Positions 32,058-47,500 of a stretch of 64,000 nt of DNA are shown here, piece by piece. This DNA is from the human T2T-CHM13v2.0 reference genome, Homo sapiens. The notes below the pieces were generated by a model that did not search any database, was not told where the DNA came from, and saw only the letters and a program-made list of their open reading frames with translations. The DNA is taken from NCBI RefSeq assembly GCF_009914755.1, contig NC_060932.1. One strand, given 5' to 3'. Position numbers and translations under genes: made by a program. Position 1 is the stretch's first letter. Each line of letters starts with the position of its first letter.

Positions 32058-35000
32058 AATGTGATTTTTTTAAAGTGGTAAATGTTAAATGAAAAATGCA
32101 GGATTCATACTGTATATATAGTTTTTATTTAAGAAAAACACATAATGCATGATGAAATTACAGCAAAATGTTAACAAAGTTGAGATCTTTAGAGATCAAA
32201 TCAGAAATTATTATTTTTCTTTCTTTCATTTCTACATGTATTCCAAAGGGTTTTTCGTGTATGATTATAGAAGTTATATGTTGGAGCAGGGAACCCCACT
32301 ATACCCTCATTACTTTTTTTTTCCCTTCCTTCTTTTTTTATCTTGGGCACACACTAGAATGTGGCATTGCTCTCTGTGGGCCCATCCGCACTCCATTCAG
32401 CCAAGTATTCTATTGCTAACAGAGAACAGAGCAGGTTGCACAAGCAATGGACAAAATCTGAACATTTCCAACTTCCCTCACCCCATCATTCACTCACCCA
32501 TGAGTTCATCTAAACCCTTCTTCCACTTGTTTATATTTTTAGCTGGTACAGCCTCTCGGGCCCAGTGACTTCCATGTGTTTTCCACCCTCGGTGTGAAGT
32601 GGCAGAGGCCTGCCCGGCTCGTATCCTCAGATGACCTCCTTTGGACTCCAAGGGGTCCTCCCTGTTTTTTACCTTTCCAGCATTAAGGGAACAAAATAAG
32701 AACCTCAATGATATGTTTGCAATTAGCAAAGCACACTTATGGACATAATTTTGTAGAACTATAGAACTTGGTATTGGAAGAGGCCTTAGGAACAGTTTAG
32801 GCCAGTGTTTTCCTAAAAGTCCACAATACAGGGAGTATTTCCAGAAATCACTGCAAGTTGTACAGTCCCCAGGATATGGTGGCACGGGGTGGCATGGGAT
32901 CGTGGGGGGTTTGGTTTTGTTTTTGCTTCGGGCTGCAATTGGATAACAATGGTTACCTCGTTTTGTTCAGAAACTCCAGCAGTTATACATATGCCTGGTT
33001 ATTTTGTTAATAGATAATTAATGTATGAGAGACAGAATCTTTTAAACTTTGTGTTGTGGAGAAGGTGGACATTGATGGGACCCTCTATTCTGAGCTAGAT
33101 CTGTGAGTGGAGAGGTCACTGCCTGAAGGTTGAGAAATATATATTCTGGCACTTCACTGCCTGAAGGGTGAGAAAATGGGCTCTGAAGTGGCTCCCTGAC
33201 CCCAGCAGAAGAGGCTGGTACATGGGGCCACTGGACTAGAATCCAGATTGTCTGACTCTAAGTGCCAGGCTAGCTCCAGGGCACCTATTCTACCTTTGTT
33301 TAAACCAACTTCCTGAGACGTGCTTCCTGCACTAGGAATAATTTAGTAGATTTTGAATTTGTGCATGCTCCAAGTGTGGTCTTTCCAGACTGAGTCTTCT
33401 GTTTAGAAAATGATTAATTATTGTAATTGCCTAAGTCCTTTACTCTTCCCACAGTTACTCTTTCCTAACTGTGGAAATACAGACTTCCAAGTTTGGTAGA
33501 GTGTCGTGGGAAAGAAGGTAGGTTCTGGAATCAGACACCCTAGGTTCAAATCCTAGCTCTCCCACTCGCCAGTCCCTGATCCCAGGTTTAACTTCTCTGT
33601 GCATCAATTTGCCCAACTGCAAAATGGGAATAATGATAGTATCTACCTTAAAGGGCCGTTGTGAAGATTAACCATTGTGATGAGTGCTTGTCATTACATT
33701 GCATAGAAAAAGTGCTTTACGTTAAAAGTGGCTTACATTACACTTGTCATTACATTGCACAGAAAATTCATTACAAGCACAGAAAGTACTTGTCCCATGC
33801 CTCATGCTCAGTGCATACTCAATAAATAAGAGTAGTCACCATCGTCACTGTCATTGTCATTACTGTTGGGTTTTCATGGAAGGACCCTGGCCAGAACAGT
33901 GTCAGCTTAAACTTATTTTGCTTTGCTGGACCTGTGGCCATTACTTCCTTTTCTGTGTTGTTTGCTTTATCCTTTAGAGAACAATTAAACCTCTCCCCAT
34001 TGTCAGTACCCATTTTAAAGAGCAAGACCCTGAAATCCAGTGTGACTTGCTCAAGGTCACTCAGCTTGTCAGGGCAGAGTGGGAGGAAAAGCCCGAATCT
34101 CCTGTTCACCTGCCAACAGCTCTTTGCGCCATGGTGCCATGTTTCCTCTGCATGCCTCCGTTCATCCTCCACACCCGGAAAACACAGAGAAGCAGGAGAA
34201 TCAGCCAGATACATGAAAACTCTTGTTTCGAACACTGAGCATTGACTGTTTACCTGGCCCTTGGTTCTTGTCTTTCTTTCGTTTTAGCAGCAGCATTACG
34301 TACTGCTGCCAGGTGGAGCGTTGCTGGTTCCTGCTTCCCCTTCCTCCCTGCCTGTCTTCCCCTGACACTTCCCTGCAGGAAACCACTAGCCCTAATGAGA
34401 ACTCTCAAACGGTGGAGCAGATGACAAAGGCGCTAGAGGCCTGGGGATAGCGGGAAGTCAGCCGGTGACTTCCGCCTGGTTTAAAGCCCGTGTCTTTCCT
34501 GTATTCAATCCAGTGGCGCATCATAAGAATTCCCTGAAGCATTTAGCCACCTGAAAGGCCTTCTCTAAGGCCTAGAGATCTCCCTATCCACCACTTCCTG
34601 AGCACACCTTGCAGGTGCCAGACATTTTGGGGTTGCAAAACCCACCTCCTGCCTCACAGTAGGGAGTCAGGAACAGACCGTGAACTACACAGAGTTCTTG
34701 TACATACAGGGCACTTGGAGGGTCGGGGGTTGGGGGGCAATCCAGGCAGAGGGGCAGCCTGAGCAGAGAGGCACAGTGTGAGTTCACATTTAGCAGGCAG
34801 CTGAATGCTTAATTGTTCTCTGATTGCTTTGAGGGTGTTTCAGCCCTCCAGCTAGAGAGAGTGGTTCTGGCTGGACATGGTGATGAAGCCTCCCTTTCCT
34901 CCCAAGCCCCTGCTTTTGTGGAGCTGATTGACAGCTCGGAAAGCCTCTTCATGTATGTGATTGTATTTGAGCCGCTAAGCGTCTGTGTGAGATCAGATGT

Positions 35001-35606
35001 TATCCCCCATTTTACAGATGAGGAAACTGAAGCCCTTAGATGGTAACTCAGTGGCTTAGCTACCCAGTGACAACCTAAACTTGTACTGAGATATGAAGTC
35101 TCAGTATGAGATATGAAGACTCCAAGTCCTCCCTAGCTCTCTCCCTTATGGTCAGCTCTGGGGAAATGTGCGCAGACATAGTGCTTGACTGTAGAGCCCA
35201 CTCTTAGAGACACGAAGAAGGAACAAACAAATGAGCACGAGCTCCTGGGGCACAGTGAGAAGGGCACTGGCTTTGGAAGCGAGACCTATAGCTCAAGTTC
35301 CAGCTCTTCCAGGCATGAGTTGCATGGACTTAGGACAGTCATGTCTCTTTATGTGGGACTCGGTTTCCCTAGTTGGAAAATGAGAAGGTTGTAGGAAATT
35401 CATCTCATAAATCTATAGGCCTGGGATTGAGAACATTGGTCTTCAGCACCTTCTTCTCTCAGGGCCCCCAGCCCTACCAGGCCTGCTTCCCCAGCCTACT
35501 TCCTACCACATCCATCCCTGAGTTCTTTCCAGGAGCAAATTCTCCCAACAAACTGAACCGCTAGTTCAGTGGGAACATCAGGGAGCTTGTTACAAAGCTG
35601 ACTCCT

Positions 35607-35901
35607 GGCTGGGCTTGGTGGCTCACGCCTGTAATCCCAGCACTTTGGGAGGCCTAGGCGGGCAGATCAGGAGGTCAGGAGATCGAGACCATCCTGGCTA
35701 ACACAGTGAAACCCCATCTCTACTAAAAACACAAAAAAATAGCCAGGGGCATGGTGGCAGGCACCTGTAGTCCCAGCTACTCGGGAGGCTGAGGCAGGAG
35801 AATGGTGTGAACCCGGGAGGCGGAGCTGGCAAGTGAGCCGAGATTGCACCACTGCACTCCAGCCTGGGTGACAGAGCGAGACTCCATCTCAAAAAAAAAA
35901 C
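35607..35901 (+). mobile_element. AluY, inserted in a MER5-like element
   Basis: gagatcgagaccatcctggctaacacagtgaaa; near-TSD aagctg(a/t)ctcc. Confidence 0.93.
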
Positions 35902-36036
35902 AAGCTGTCTCCCGGGGTTCACCCCAGAACCTAAAGCCTCCAAATCCCTGAGAGTCAAGGCCCAAGACTTTTCTCCCCTGAACACTCCCAGAAGTTCTGA
36001 TGATCAGCCAGATTTGGCAGTCTTTGCCTGCGCTTT

Positions 36037-36201
36037 GGGGTTCTCAAACTCAGTGGGCACTGAATCACCTGGGAGCATGTGAAATGGCTGGGCCTCACCC
36101 CCAGAATCTCTGATTCAACAGGTTGGGGCAGGTGAGGCCCCCAAACCTGCATTTCTAACAAATTCCCAGGTGATGCAGGCGTGACACTTGGAGAACCATT
36201 G
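36037..36201. mobile_element. MER5A (hAT-Charlie)
   Basis: ggttctcaaact...gaatcacctggg...cccccagaatctctgattca...ctgcatttctaacaaattcccaggtgatg...gagaaccattg. Confidence 0.8.
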
Positions 36202-37144
36202 CCCCAGCTCATTTTCTGAGAGCCCAACTAGCAAACCATCAAAGGAACCTTTACTCGTGGGCCATGGTTGCAGTGGAGCATCCCTGACAGCATGGTAACT
36301 TTTTAAACAGAGACCCTCGAAATGATTGAGATAATTACAGCAACAACTGCTATTTACTCAGATCTGTTACATGCCAGACTCTGTGTTAGATGTCCTAAAT
36401 CAGTATTTCTCATTATTTTACGGAGCTTGGTGATTCAAAAATCAAGGATCAATGAGATTAAGTCATCATCTAAGAGTATACTTGTTACAAATGTGATCAG
36501 GACTTTCTAGAGCAAAACGTGGGCTATTTTCTTTAGCTCACTAGGCCTCTCCTTGTCATCCGAGCCATGAGTGGCTCTATTATGGGAATTTCAAACCAGG
36601 TTCAGACAGGGGTCATTACCCAGGACTTTCTGGTTAGAGGAGCCTTTCATTAGTTCCCCACAAATTGTATCCTACTGGTAGTGGCCTTTGGCCCCCACCG
36701 TGAGACAGCACTGCTGAGTGCTCACTTTTAAGGGACCCCTCGTGTAAACAGGGATTGTTGCATCTATAGCATTCTGAGCCATTTGGGTGGAAACGGTGAA
36801 CTGCTGCCGGATCTGGGGAGACCCCACTTTAGTGGGTTTCTGCCTCGGTTCTGGGCTGGCTGATGTTCTGTTTGGCTGTAAGGACCTTGGGAAAGAACTG
36901 TTGGCACCGGATCGCAGAGAATGTTCACCAGCTAGACGTGAAGGAGCTTATGTCATGACTGAAACACTTCCAGCTGGTGGGTCTTAGTCAGGGAGCTTCT
37001 TTCTCCCTAATTTCTAAAGATTTGTCTGGTGTATAATAGGAAGCTGATAGATTTGTAAAGAAGTATAAAACACAGAGTAATTAGAGAGGAAATACAGGTG
37101 GCTGTGAGAGCTTTTTCTACACTTCGCTTTTTGTTCTCACCCTT

Positions 37145-37172
37145 CACACACACACACACACACACACACACA
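37145..37172. repeat. (CA)n microsatellite
   Basis: About 14 CA units. Confidence 0.95.
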
Positions 37173-37888
37173 TCATGCTTCTGATTTTCTGCAGTTAATT
37201 TTACATCCGCAAGGACCTCAGGAAGTCCTTCAAGCCACCTATGCCTTTCTTGGGGCATCTCCTACCACGTCTGCCTGTGTTCCTCCCTATGCAAGGACAA
37301 GGAAGCCAGGAGGCGGGAAGGAAAAAGGGAACTGCCCTGCAGGAATTGATCTCTTGGGGTGGCCAAAGGCCTCCACACAGAGCTTGGAGATGCTCAGAGG
37401 CTTCAGAGTGCTAATTCTTTTGGTTTTGAAAGGGTAGACACATAGGTCTTAGACAGGCTCCATCCACACCCTCGAAGGCAGCTGGCAGCTCGGAAGAATC
37501 AGCTGACATTGCAATTGGTGTTGAAACTTGACGACGCTAGTCCAGGGTCCACTTATTAACCATGCCACCTTCTCTGAGCTTCGCATTGCGAATCTGACCT
37601 GCTCTTCTCCCAAGAGAGATTGTGAAGGCAAAAGAGATCATGGATATAAAAGTATCCCTGCAGTCTGGGATCTGGAAAGAACTCTGGGAATCTAGAGGTT
37701 CTGGTTTACTAATGAGAGAACTGGGGTCCAGAGAGAGGAGGTAACTTGCTGGAGGTCACAGATGAGTGAAGTGACGAGGGAGGTAGAAGGAGGTCAGGGT
37801 GAGGGAAGACTTCTGGGAATCTTTCTAGACAGAGCACCCCCATCAGCTTCTAAAACAGAGCACTTTATGACTACTATTTCTCACTGAG

Positions 37889-37946
37889 TCTCTCTCTCTC
37901 TTTCTCTCTCTCTCTCTGTGTCTGTCTGTCTGTCTCACACACACAC
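37889..37946. repeat. Compound (TC)n/(TGTC)n/(CA)n microsatellite
   Basis: Seen directly. Confidence 0.85.
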
Positions 37947-39871
37947 TTTTTGGTTTAAATAGCAGAAAGGCAATGACTGCTCTTTACAGGAGAGAATCAC
38001 ACTCTTTTGCACTGACTGCAAGGAAACCTACTGGGCATCATTCAACTTTGCAAGTTAGAACATAAGACATGAAGTAGTAAAGGAAAACGCTGAAGAGAAT
38101 CTACTGCCCAAACTAGCTTGCATGTGTGGGGCTTGGTGGCCTTACAGTTGCCTAATACCCCCTGCCCAACCGTATCATCCCTATGATTTTCCACAAATAA
38201 ACACATTCCTGGTCTCCCTGTGCCCAAACACACATAGGGCAGAACCAAAGAACATGGGCTACAAACACAGACAGACAAAGAGAATTGGAATTTTATTTCT
38301 CACCAGCACTGTGACCTTGGGCAAATTACTTAATGTCTCTGAACTTCAGCTTCCTCATCTGGACAATAATAATACTTCCTAATGTTGTCGTGAGGATTAG
38401 CAAAGGTAAAGCCTAAAAAGTGCTGAAATACAAGGGTTGGCACAAAGTAAGGTTAATAAATGTTAACTGCCGCTATTGAAAATGTTGGAGATGATATTGA
38501 AGATCACATTATTGTCATTTTCATAAGAAAATTAACTTGTTTATAATTTTAATGAGATCTCACTAGGCTTCTAACAATCTGACTGCATAATTAAAATTCT
38601 GGTTTTCTACCCAGGAAAGAACTAATATTGTCCAGGTTTTAAGCACACTCTAGCTGGGCTGTTATCTCTGGAATACTGAGATGTTGTCACGTGGTCTCCA
38701 ATAATACCTTGTGTATATAAATATCCTTATATCTGAAAAGCATATAAAATTACAAACAATAAGATGTACAGATGAAATGGAACTAGAAGGCATGGAAACA
38801 AGAGTGTGAACACAAAAGCCCAATTATAAGTGGGGTAAAAGTTAAAGGTGCTGCACTTTGCAGTCTACAAAGTGCTTTTTATGTCCCCACTCCTGGTGGC
38901 CCCACAGCCAGCCTAGAAGGTAGACATTACTCTGCCCATTTCACAGGTAAGGAAACCGAGTTTCAGCCAAGTGGCAGGACCAGCATCCGGAGAACAGTGG
39001 TAGATGCTGAGTCAGAAAAGACAGGAAAGAGCCACAACACATAGGGCCTGGAGGACTTGGTAGAGCAATTTGGATTTTGTTTAGGGTTCAGTGGAAAGCC
39101 TTCAAAAGTTTAAGCGGGAGAGCGCTGCGACCTGATCCACATTTTTAGATCACTGCCCAGAGTGGAGAAGGCAAAAGTGGAGACAGGGAGGCCACTTGTG
39201 AGGCTGCTTTGGAAGTTCCAGTAAGAGATGAGGGCAGTGCCCGTGGAGGTAAAGTAGACAGATTCAGAGATACGTAGAGCATCTAAAGACAGCCTTACTG
39301 AGGATTGGATGTAGATGTTGGCAGAGAGGGGAGGAGGCATGGTTTCCCTGTGGGTTGCTGGGTGGTTGATTTAGGACATCTTCAGGAGGAACCTGTTGGA
39401 GGTTGTGGGGAGGGGAGTTAGGGGATCCTTGCAAACTTGTCAGGTTACAGTGACCTAGGCACGCACTTTTGCAAAGAGTCAGGTTCCCCAAACATGCGTC
39501 CTTCTCTGGCGGAGAGCAGGTCTTATTCTCTTGCTCCTGGGCATTGACTAAATGCTTTCTGTGAACTGAGTGAGCTAGAATGCTGCCGCTGGCTCTGAGA
39601 AGCCCTGTATTCCTTCTGCCACCAGGGAACCAGGGAGCAAGTAATGACCCTTCTCAGAATGTTGGGTCTGATACAAGAAACAAACAAAAACCCCCGATGT
39701 CCTACCTTCTAATGTTTCAGACTTTGTGTATTTTTTTTTTTTTTTTTTTGCCAGTCTCCATGGGATCTTTCCTCTGCTCATGTTTGAAAGTGATTCTCTT
39801 TTTTTTTTAAATGTTGTTACTCAGGCCTTAAATAACCTTTGTCCTATGATGGCTTCTGAAAGGATGAAGCC

Positions 39872-39949
39872 TAAGTTAGTGCAAAAGTAACTGCAGCTTT
39901 TGCCATTGAAAGTAATGGCAAAACTGCAATTACTTTTGCACCAACCTAT
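39872..39949. mobile_element. MADE1 mariner MITE, near full length
   Basis: taagttagtgcaaaagtaactgcagcttttgccatt-gaaagt-aatggcaaaactgcaattacttttgcaccaaccta; near-palindrome. Confidence 0.92.
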
Positions 39950-42545
39950 AGAATTATAAGATCAACACCAACAATAGGCATTTGTAGAGTGTCATTCCGT
40001 TAAAAGACCTCTCTTATATACATTCCATGATTTTAGCCTCATGAAAATCTAAGGTAAGATAAATGGTGTGTTTAGCTCTATTTGAGAGGCCAAGGAACGT
40101 AGCAGCCACGAGCATGTGAACTACAATAATAGCATTAAAACATTAAAAGAGTTGAGCTGGATAAGGTACTCAGAACAGGGCCTGCAATATGAATGTTAGC
40201 TGATGTTGTTGTTATTGCGATTAGCCTCCAGATAGAGAAACTGAGGCATGATGAGGCTGTGATGTCCCCACGCTCAGTAGTGGAATCAATTTCAAGTTGT
40301 GTTCCCAGATGCCACCCTCAGAAGGAATCTATGTTCCAAAGGGACTTACATTTGCACAGGAAGCCTCCTGCCAGGGCTGGGTCCTTGTGAAATTCTTCCG
40401 TCCTCTGTGTGAGCTTCCCCACCTCTCCCCCAGCCAGAAATCTCTGCACTTCTCCCGTCAAGTCTGCCTCCCCACTGAGGGGGGTTGAGCCCACTGTCCA
40501 GGACCACTCTACCCTGTCCTCCCCGCCCTGCCTCCTGCCCCAGGTGGCCTTCCCTCTGCCTGTCACCTTCCAGTCCTCCACCCAGTGACCTTCTCCAACA
40601 GGTTTCTCCAATTGGGAGCACCCCGGGCCCTGATGACAGGCACGTCATGTCATTGAGTCCAGGTCCCTCCTCAAGGGTGGGTCTTGGCAACAGAGGCCTT
40701 GCCTTGTACCTTGTCACTCTCCATCCCTATGTGCCAGGCCCAGTGCCAAGCCCAGAGCAGGTGCCCTGACACACTGTACAGCTGGCTTCTAAAAAACAAC
40801 AAAGGTGGTCATCACCAGAACCCACCTTCGCACATGGGGGATGTGCTCATGATGACTGTCCCCTTGGGGAACATGCCCTTTATTCCAAAGCTGGCGCCAG
40901 GGCCCAGGGCATCCCAAGTTCCTGGAACGCCTGAGAGTACCTCACCACCAGCACCCAGCACCACACTCTCCTCTCTGGTGTTGACCAGTCTCCGCCCTCT
41001 GAAGGTGGCTGCAGTCACGCCTGAGGAACCAGGAGTGTGACTTCCCTTCAGAAACAGTTGAGGGGAGACAGGCAGCACAGGAGGCCCTTAGACAGTAATG
41101 AACCGAGCTTTACTCTTCACATCATAGTACAACTCTGAAGATGGCTCCAAACATGGCCTTCCAAACTCATCTTGGACAAGGGCCACATCACTGAGGTAAA
41201 TAAAGGTAGAAAGTCCGCCGCAGGGAGCTCTTTCAAACAATGGCTCTCCTTTGGTCGGCTCAGTTGAGTGAGCATGTTTACATTTTGCCCTCAAAATATA
41301 TTTTGAGGAATGAATGAGTGAGTATAGCGGTGAAACCTCATCATCTCATAGCCAAAGTGTGGGTTTGAGAGACAGCGAGTGTGTTGTTGCGTCTCTGTGT
41401 GTGTGTGCGCCTCAAAGAGAGAAGGGTCTCCGAACCAGAGACGGTCTCTTTTTGGAGGCAGCCCCCAGGCCACAACACCTCTTTTCAGTTGTCACTGAAG
41501 AAGGCGAAGAAGGCAGCCAGAGTCAGCCACAACGCTCATTCCTTTGCTTCTTGCTCTCCCCCATGGCCTGCAAATTAGTTTCAGCCCAGTGGCTCCCTCC
41601 ACTGACCTGAATTTAATTATTTTATTCTTTATAAACGGAACACTTCCCCCATCCCCTATTCTCAGCCCCCCACCACTCCCCAGATTAACTGACCACCCCT
41701 CATTAAGGGTTCTGAGAAGTCGGTTTTGTGTGGGAAGACGTTTGGGTCCCATTCACAGGCCTTGTTTGCAGGTCCCACTGTCCATCTCTGTTCAAATAAT
41801 GAAGATTTGACCAGGCAGGGGGTCAGGGAGGATGTTTTGCCTGGATTCCCATATTTGCTTTTCATCCAGTAAAATATTTTCCCGGGCATTGGTGGGAGAG
41901 GGAATGGACAATCGCTGTTTCTTCAGAGAGCAATTTCTAGTTGGCTGGCAGCGGTTCTGAGGCCGGCAGCGTGCCCTGCCCCTGGCATTCCTCCGATCTC
42001 GGTCCTCATGGCCAGGGTGGGGCTGAAGCCAAGAGATTTTCAGCATGGGTATCATGGAAAGAGGAGGCTGTTTCGGAATCCAGACTCTACGCAGTCCTGA
42101 GTGATTGTGATGAGTGCTGAGGTGCCACTGAAACCTGTTTACCGAGGCTGCTACCCACTAGGGTCTCTTCGCGGCTGCTTGCCTGTGAACTAAAACCGCC
42201 AGGTTGGATAGAATTCTCAGCAAAGCCCTGAATCCATTGGTGGCTACCAAGAAACATGGGATGGCCAGGCAGGGACCTTTCTGGGTTTTTCAAGGTGGGA
42301 AGGTGAGAATCGATAGTGGGGTGGGCCTCTGGCCTCCCTGTTGGAGGCCCAAGAGAGCCTGGCACTGCCATTCACCAGCTCTGTTCCTTGTGGCTCTGAG
42401 TCTCCGTTTCCCCATTGGAGATGTGAAGTTGATGCTGCCTACCTGTGGGTGAGTGGCTCCGGAGCTAGACATTCCCAGCTCTGCTACTCACTTGCTGTGT
42501 GGCTTTGGGCAAGTTGCTTACCTCTCTATGCCTGGTCTTCCTCAT

Positions 42546-42993
42546 TGTATTAGTTTCCTGGGGTTGCTGGGACAAATTAGTACAAACTGGGTGGGTTAAA
42601 GCAATAGAAATTTATTCTGTCACAGTTCTGGAGGCTGAGAGTCTGGAATCAAGTGCATGCAAAGCCCTATTCCCTCTGAAGGCTCTAGGGAACATCTTTT
42701 TTTTGCCTCTTCTGGCTTCGGGTGCTGCTGGCATTCCTTGTGGCTGCATTTCTCCCATCTCTGCCTCTGTCTTCACGTCACCTTCTCCTGTTCTGTGGTT
42801 TCTCCTCTGGATGTCTCAGGTGGACACTTGCCATTGGATTTAGGGCCCATCAGGATAATCCAAGATGATCTTATCTTGAGATCCTTAACTTAATTACATC
42901 TACAAAGATTCTTTTCAAATAAGCTCGCATTCATGGGTTCTGAGGACTAGGACATGGACATATCCTTTGGGGAGCCACGATCAACCCATTACA
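42546..42993 (-). mobile_element. MLT1 (C-like) LTR inserted in a MIR
   Basis: tgtattagtttcct...cacagttctggaggc...ataatccaagatgatcttatcttgagatccttaac...tcaacccattaca; perfect TSD ctcat. Confidence 0.88.
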
Positions 42994-43110
42994 CTCATCT
43001 ATCAAATGAGGATGATATCGGTGCCTACCATGTTATGGAGTTTACATGAGCTAATGTGTCTCATGCCCCGCACAGAGCAAACGTTTGTTCTTTTCATAAT
43101 CTGTACTGAG

Positions 43111-43919
<809 letters not shown>

Positions 43920-44222
43920 TCATGTCCTGCACATACCCGTGACTGTCTACTCTCCTTGGAGCTACTTTTTAAAAACATGGGTCAGATTTTGTTTCTCCTC
44001 TGCCCCAGGCCTCCACTCATTCCCCTATCTCACTCAGAGCAAAAGCCAAGTCCTCACAGTAGCCCCTGAGGCCCCACATCCTCACCTGCCCCTCTGTCAC
44101 TGTGCTGCAGCCCCTGGACCTGGGGCTCGCCCTGGGACACAGGCCACCTGTTTTGGCATTTGCGCTGGCTGTGTTCTCAGCCTAGAACACTCTTTTCCCA
44201 GCTATCATTGTGGTCTTCTCCC

Positions 44223-44594
44223 TCACTGCACTAGCTGCTCACATGTTTCGCATGGAAGTCCAAGGGTGCCATTCACACCCACCAAAACGTGAAGGATGCC
44301 TGGGGGGTGCGAGACGGGGGTCCTGGAAGGCTGTGATTAGGCTGGAGATCTATTTTGCAGACAGAACGGCCAAGATTTATGGATAAAATGAAGTGTGAGA
44401 GAAAAAGAAGAAAGGTGGATAATTTGTAGGATGTTGGCCTGTTCATTGGGGTTAACAGAGGTACTATTTACTAAGCTGTGGAAAACTGGGAAAGAGTCAA
44501 GAGTTAATTTTAGACGTGTTAAGTTTGGGAAGTCTCTCAATGAAAGTTGGCTATGATGATGGTGATGATGACTGTGGTGATTATGAAGCTGTGG
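44223..44594 (-). repeat. Inverted duplication, right arm
   Basis: Reverse complement of 43111-43485, ~87% identity overall by manual alignment. Confidence 0.95.
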
Positions 44595-47500
44595 TCCTGC
44601 TTAAAAGATACCCCCTGCAGGAGGCCCTTCCCTGACAATCATAGCTCAAACAGCACCCCATCAATCTCCATCCCTTTATTCTGGTTTTTCTTCAAAACAT
44701 TTAGTGCAAGGTCAGATTGTCTGCTTTCCCCATTACACCCAAGCTCCATGAGGTGAAGGACTTTGTTTTGATTCCTCCAGGATCCTCAGTACCTGGCACA
44801 TGTGAGCCACATCATCAACATTTCCTGGATGAGGGCATTATTCTGGGCCAGGAACTGGCTTTGTATGCATGACCTCATATCTCCCAGCAGCCTATGAGGT
44901 CAGTACTGTAATATCCTTATTTGCCCGGGGCTTGGGGGCTCAGAAAGAGTAAATAAATGTTCCCTGGCTACCCAACTAAGTCAGTGTTAGCAGCAGGATC
45001 TGAACCAACTCGTCTTACTCCAGAACCCACTCTCTGAATCACCATCTGTCATGAGGCAGAAATGAAAGACTGTAAGTGAAAGACATTTGGAAATGGAAAC
45101 GCATTGCGTGAAAGTACCAGAAGGACAGCGGCCGTGCTTGCAACGTCTGAGCAGATCCCTCCGAATTGATTTGGTTCTCCTTCCTGTTTAATTTTTTAAA
45201 TTTTGAGTACTATTTTTGCTGCCTCCTGGATGATACGACTTGAGGTGGTAAGAAAGGTGTCTGCAAAGCATCGTTCAGTGACTGTCAGACTTTGATGGCC
45301 CGGAATGCTCTAGAAATGGGGCATACAGGTGCGTGAATGTGTCCATTATTCCAAAAACAAATCAGTTTACTTCTCTGCCTTTAATAAACATGGCATACTG
45401 ATTAGAATCAAATATTTCAGTATGGAGGGTGTGCAGAGAGCATTCATCTGAGTCAAGATTCATTTATTCCCAGCTCTATCACTAAAATACCTTGCGGCTT
45501 TAAATAATAGTGACTCTTATTTCTGAATCCTAGAAGGTGCAAGGCACATTCAAAGTGCTTTACACTTATTAACTCATTTAATTCCCCAAACCACTCTTGG
45601 AAGTAAATACTCTTACTAACACCGTGTAATAGTAGTCACCGAGACACAGAGATGTTAAATCACTTAGCCAAAGTGACACAGCTAATCATCGGCAGGCCCA
45701 GGATGTGAACTCAGGCAGTCTTTCCTGGGGACAGTTCCTAACCAAACTGATTCCCTATTGTGACTCTCAGCTTCTTTATCTGTAAATTTCAGGGAATGTA
45801 CTCTGTCATAGTTTCCAGCTCGAAAAAATCCATGCTTTTGAGACCGAGAATCTGGTAGGAGTTTTGAGTCATGGGCGTGAATGCAAAAGGAGAGTAAGAG
45901 AATGGGACGAGACGGGGCAGAGCCGAGAATATTACAAAGAAGGGCTAAGCTATGGGCTTCCTTTCTGTCTGGTTCTTGCTTGCATCTTGCCATGCTATCA
46001 TTTGCTACTTTTCTTGCCTCGGTGGTTTGTAAAAAATAAGAGCCCCGGGTGCATGTGTCCCCTCATTCACTCTGTGTGGGCAAAGGAAAATGAAGCCCTT
46101 ATGGTCACCTGGTGTTTCTAACTTTAAAACAGCCTCATATCTCTTATTTAATTCACACAGAAATCCTGTGTGCAGAGCCAAGGATATTCCCATTTTATAG
46201 ACAAGGAAATGGAGAAAAAGGTTGAGAAAACTGATCTTCCAGTCACATTTACCTCTTCCTGCCTCCCACAAGTGCTTCCTGGGTCCTATCCCAGGGTTTT
46301 TTTGTACTTTACTGATTTTAACAAATACAGCCTTTGATCACTCTCAGCTACCTGCCACACTGGTGCCATCACTAGGTGAGTTATAAAGACTCATCATCAT
46401 GATACTCTCCATGATTGGGAGCATTCTATGTGCCAGGAATTTTTCTGGGGGCTTTTCACATCGTATTTCCTTCTGATCCCCACAACTCTCCTTTGAGATA
46501 CACAGTGTTATGATGCCCATTGTACAGATGAGGTGAGGTGCTTGAGGCCACACAGCCCCAGCCAACACATGCAGACATCACATAGCTAGGAAATGCGAAT
46601 CCAGCATCTGAATGTGTTAGCACAGAGGGTCCCCTCCCTGGATAAAACCTTCTGGAACTCCCGGTCATGTAAGACAATGTCCAAATTCCTCAGTGTGGTG
46701 TGCATGCACCCCTGCAGCCACTGCCCTGCCCCTCGAGTTGGCTCCACCTTCCCTCGTCTCAGCCACGCTCAGCCAGGCTGCTCCTTTCAGCCGTGCCCTT
46801 GCTCTGGACCTCACCCCTCCGCTCCCCTCCTTGGAATTCATACTCTCCCACCCTTCTCTGGCTGGCAATTTCCACCCATTCTTCATGGACGAGGACAAAC
46901 ACCGCCTTCTCCATGCAACCTCCTCCCACCCACTATCTCCCCATGCCCTTTTCCCCACCCCACTGTCACCCCTCCCAGGGCACCTGCACCACTCTCCAAC
47001 AAAGTTACAGACACCTAACACAGCCCATACTCCTTGGAATGTTGAACAGTGAGGAACAGGGAACGTCTGCCCCACCTAAGGGCATCTGATGACTCTTTTT
47101 TTAACACATCACTCCAGCACAACAAAACGTCTTTGTGGCATGGATTTGAACCACGGGCCACCAGCCTGAGGCTCCTGAGAGCGCCTCAGTGAATGGTATA
47201 CCTCTCTACATAGTCAGTGATCTACATGGTCAGGCCGAGCCTCCCGGGCCCCTGAGGACTGGGAGTGGCTACTGGACCAGCTGAGGCGTGCTAGGTGGCC
47301 CTTGGTCTCCCCTCCTCTCACAGCATGCCTGGTGTCTCCTGGACTTCCAATGCAGGGCCACATACCTCTTGAGGAGTGGGGAAAAGGTCTGCACTGTGAT
47401 GTGGAACCCTGAGTCCTCACCCCACACTTGGATTCAAATCCAAGGACTTGTACGAATGCAGCTTTTCTGGCCCTTGGTTCCATCATCTACAACATGATGG

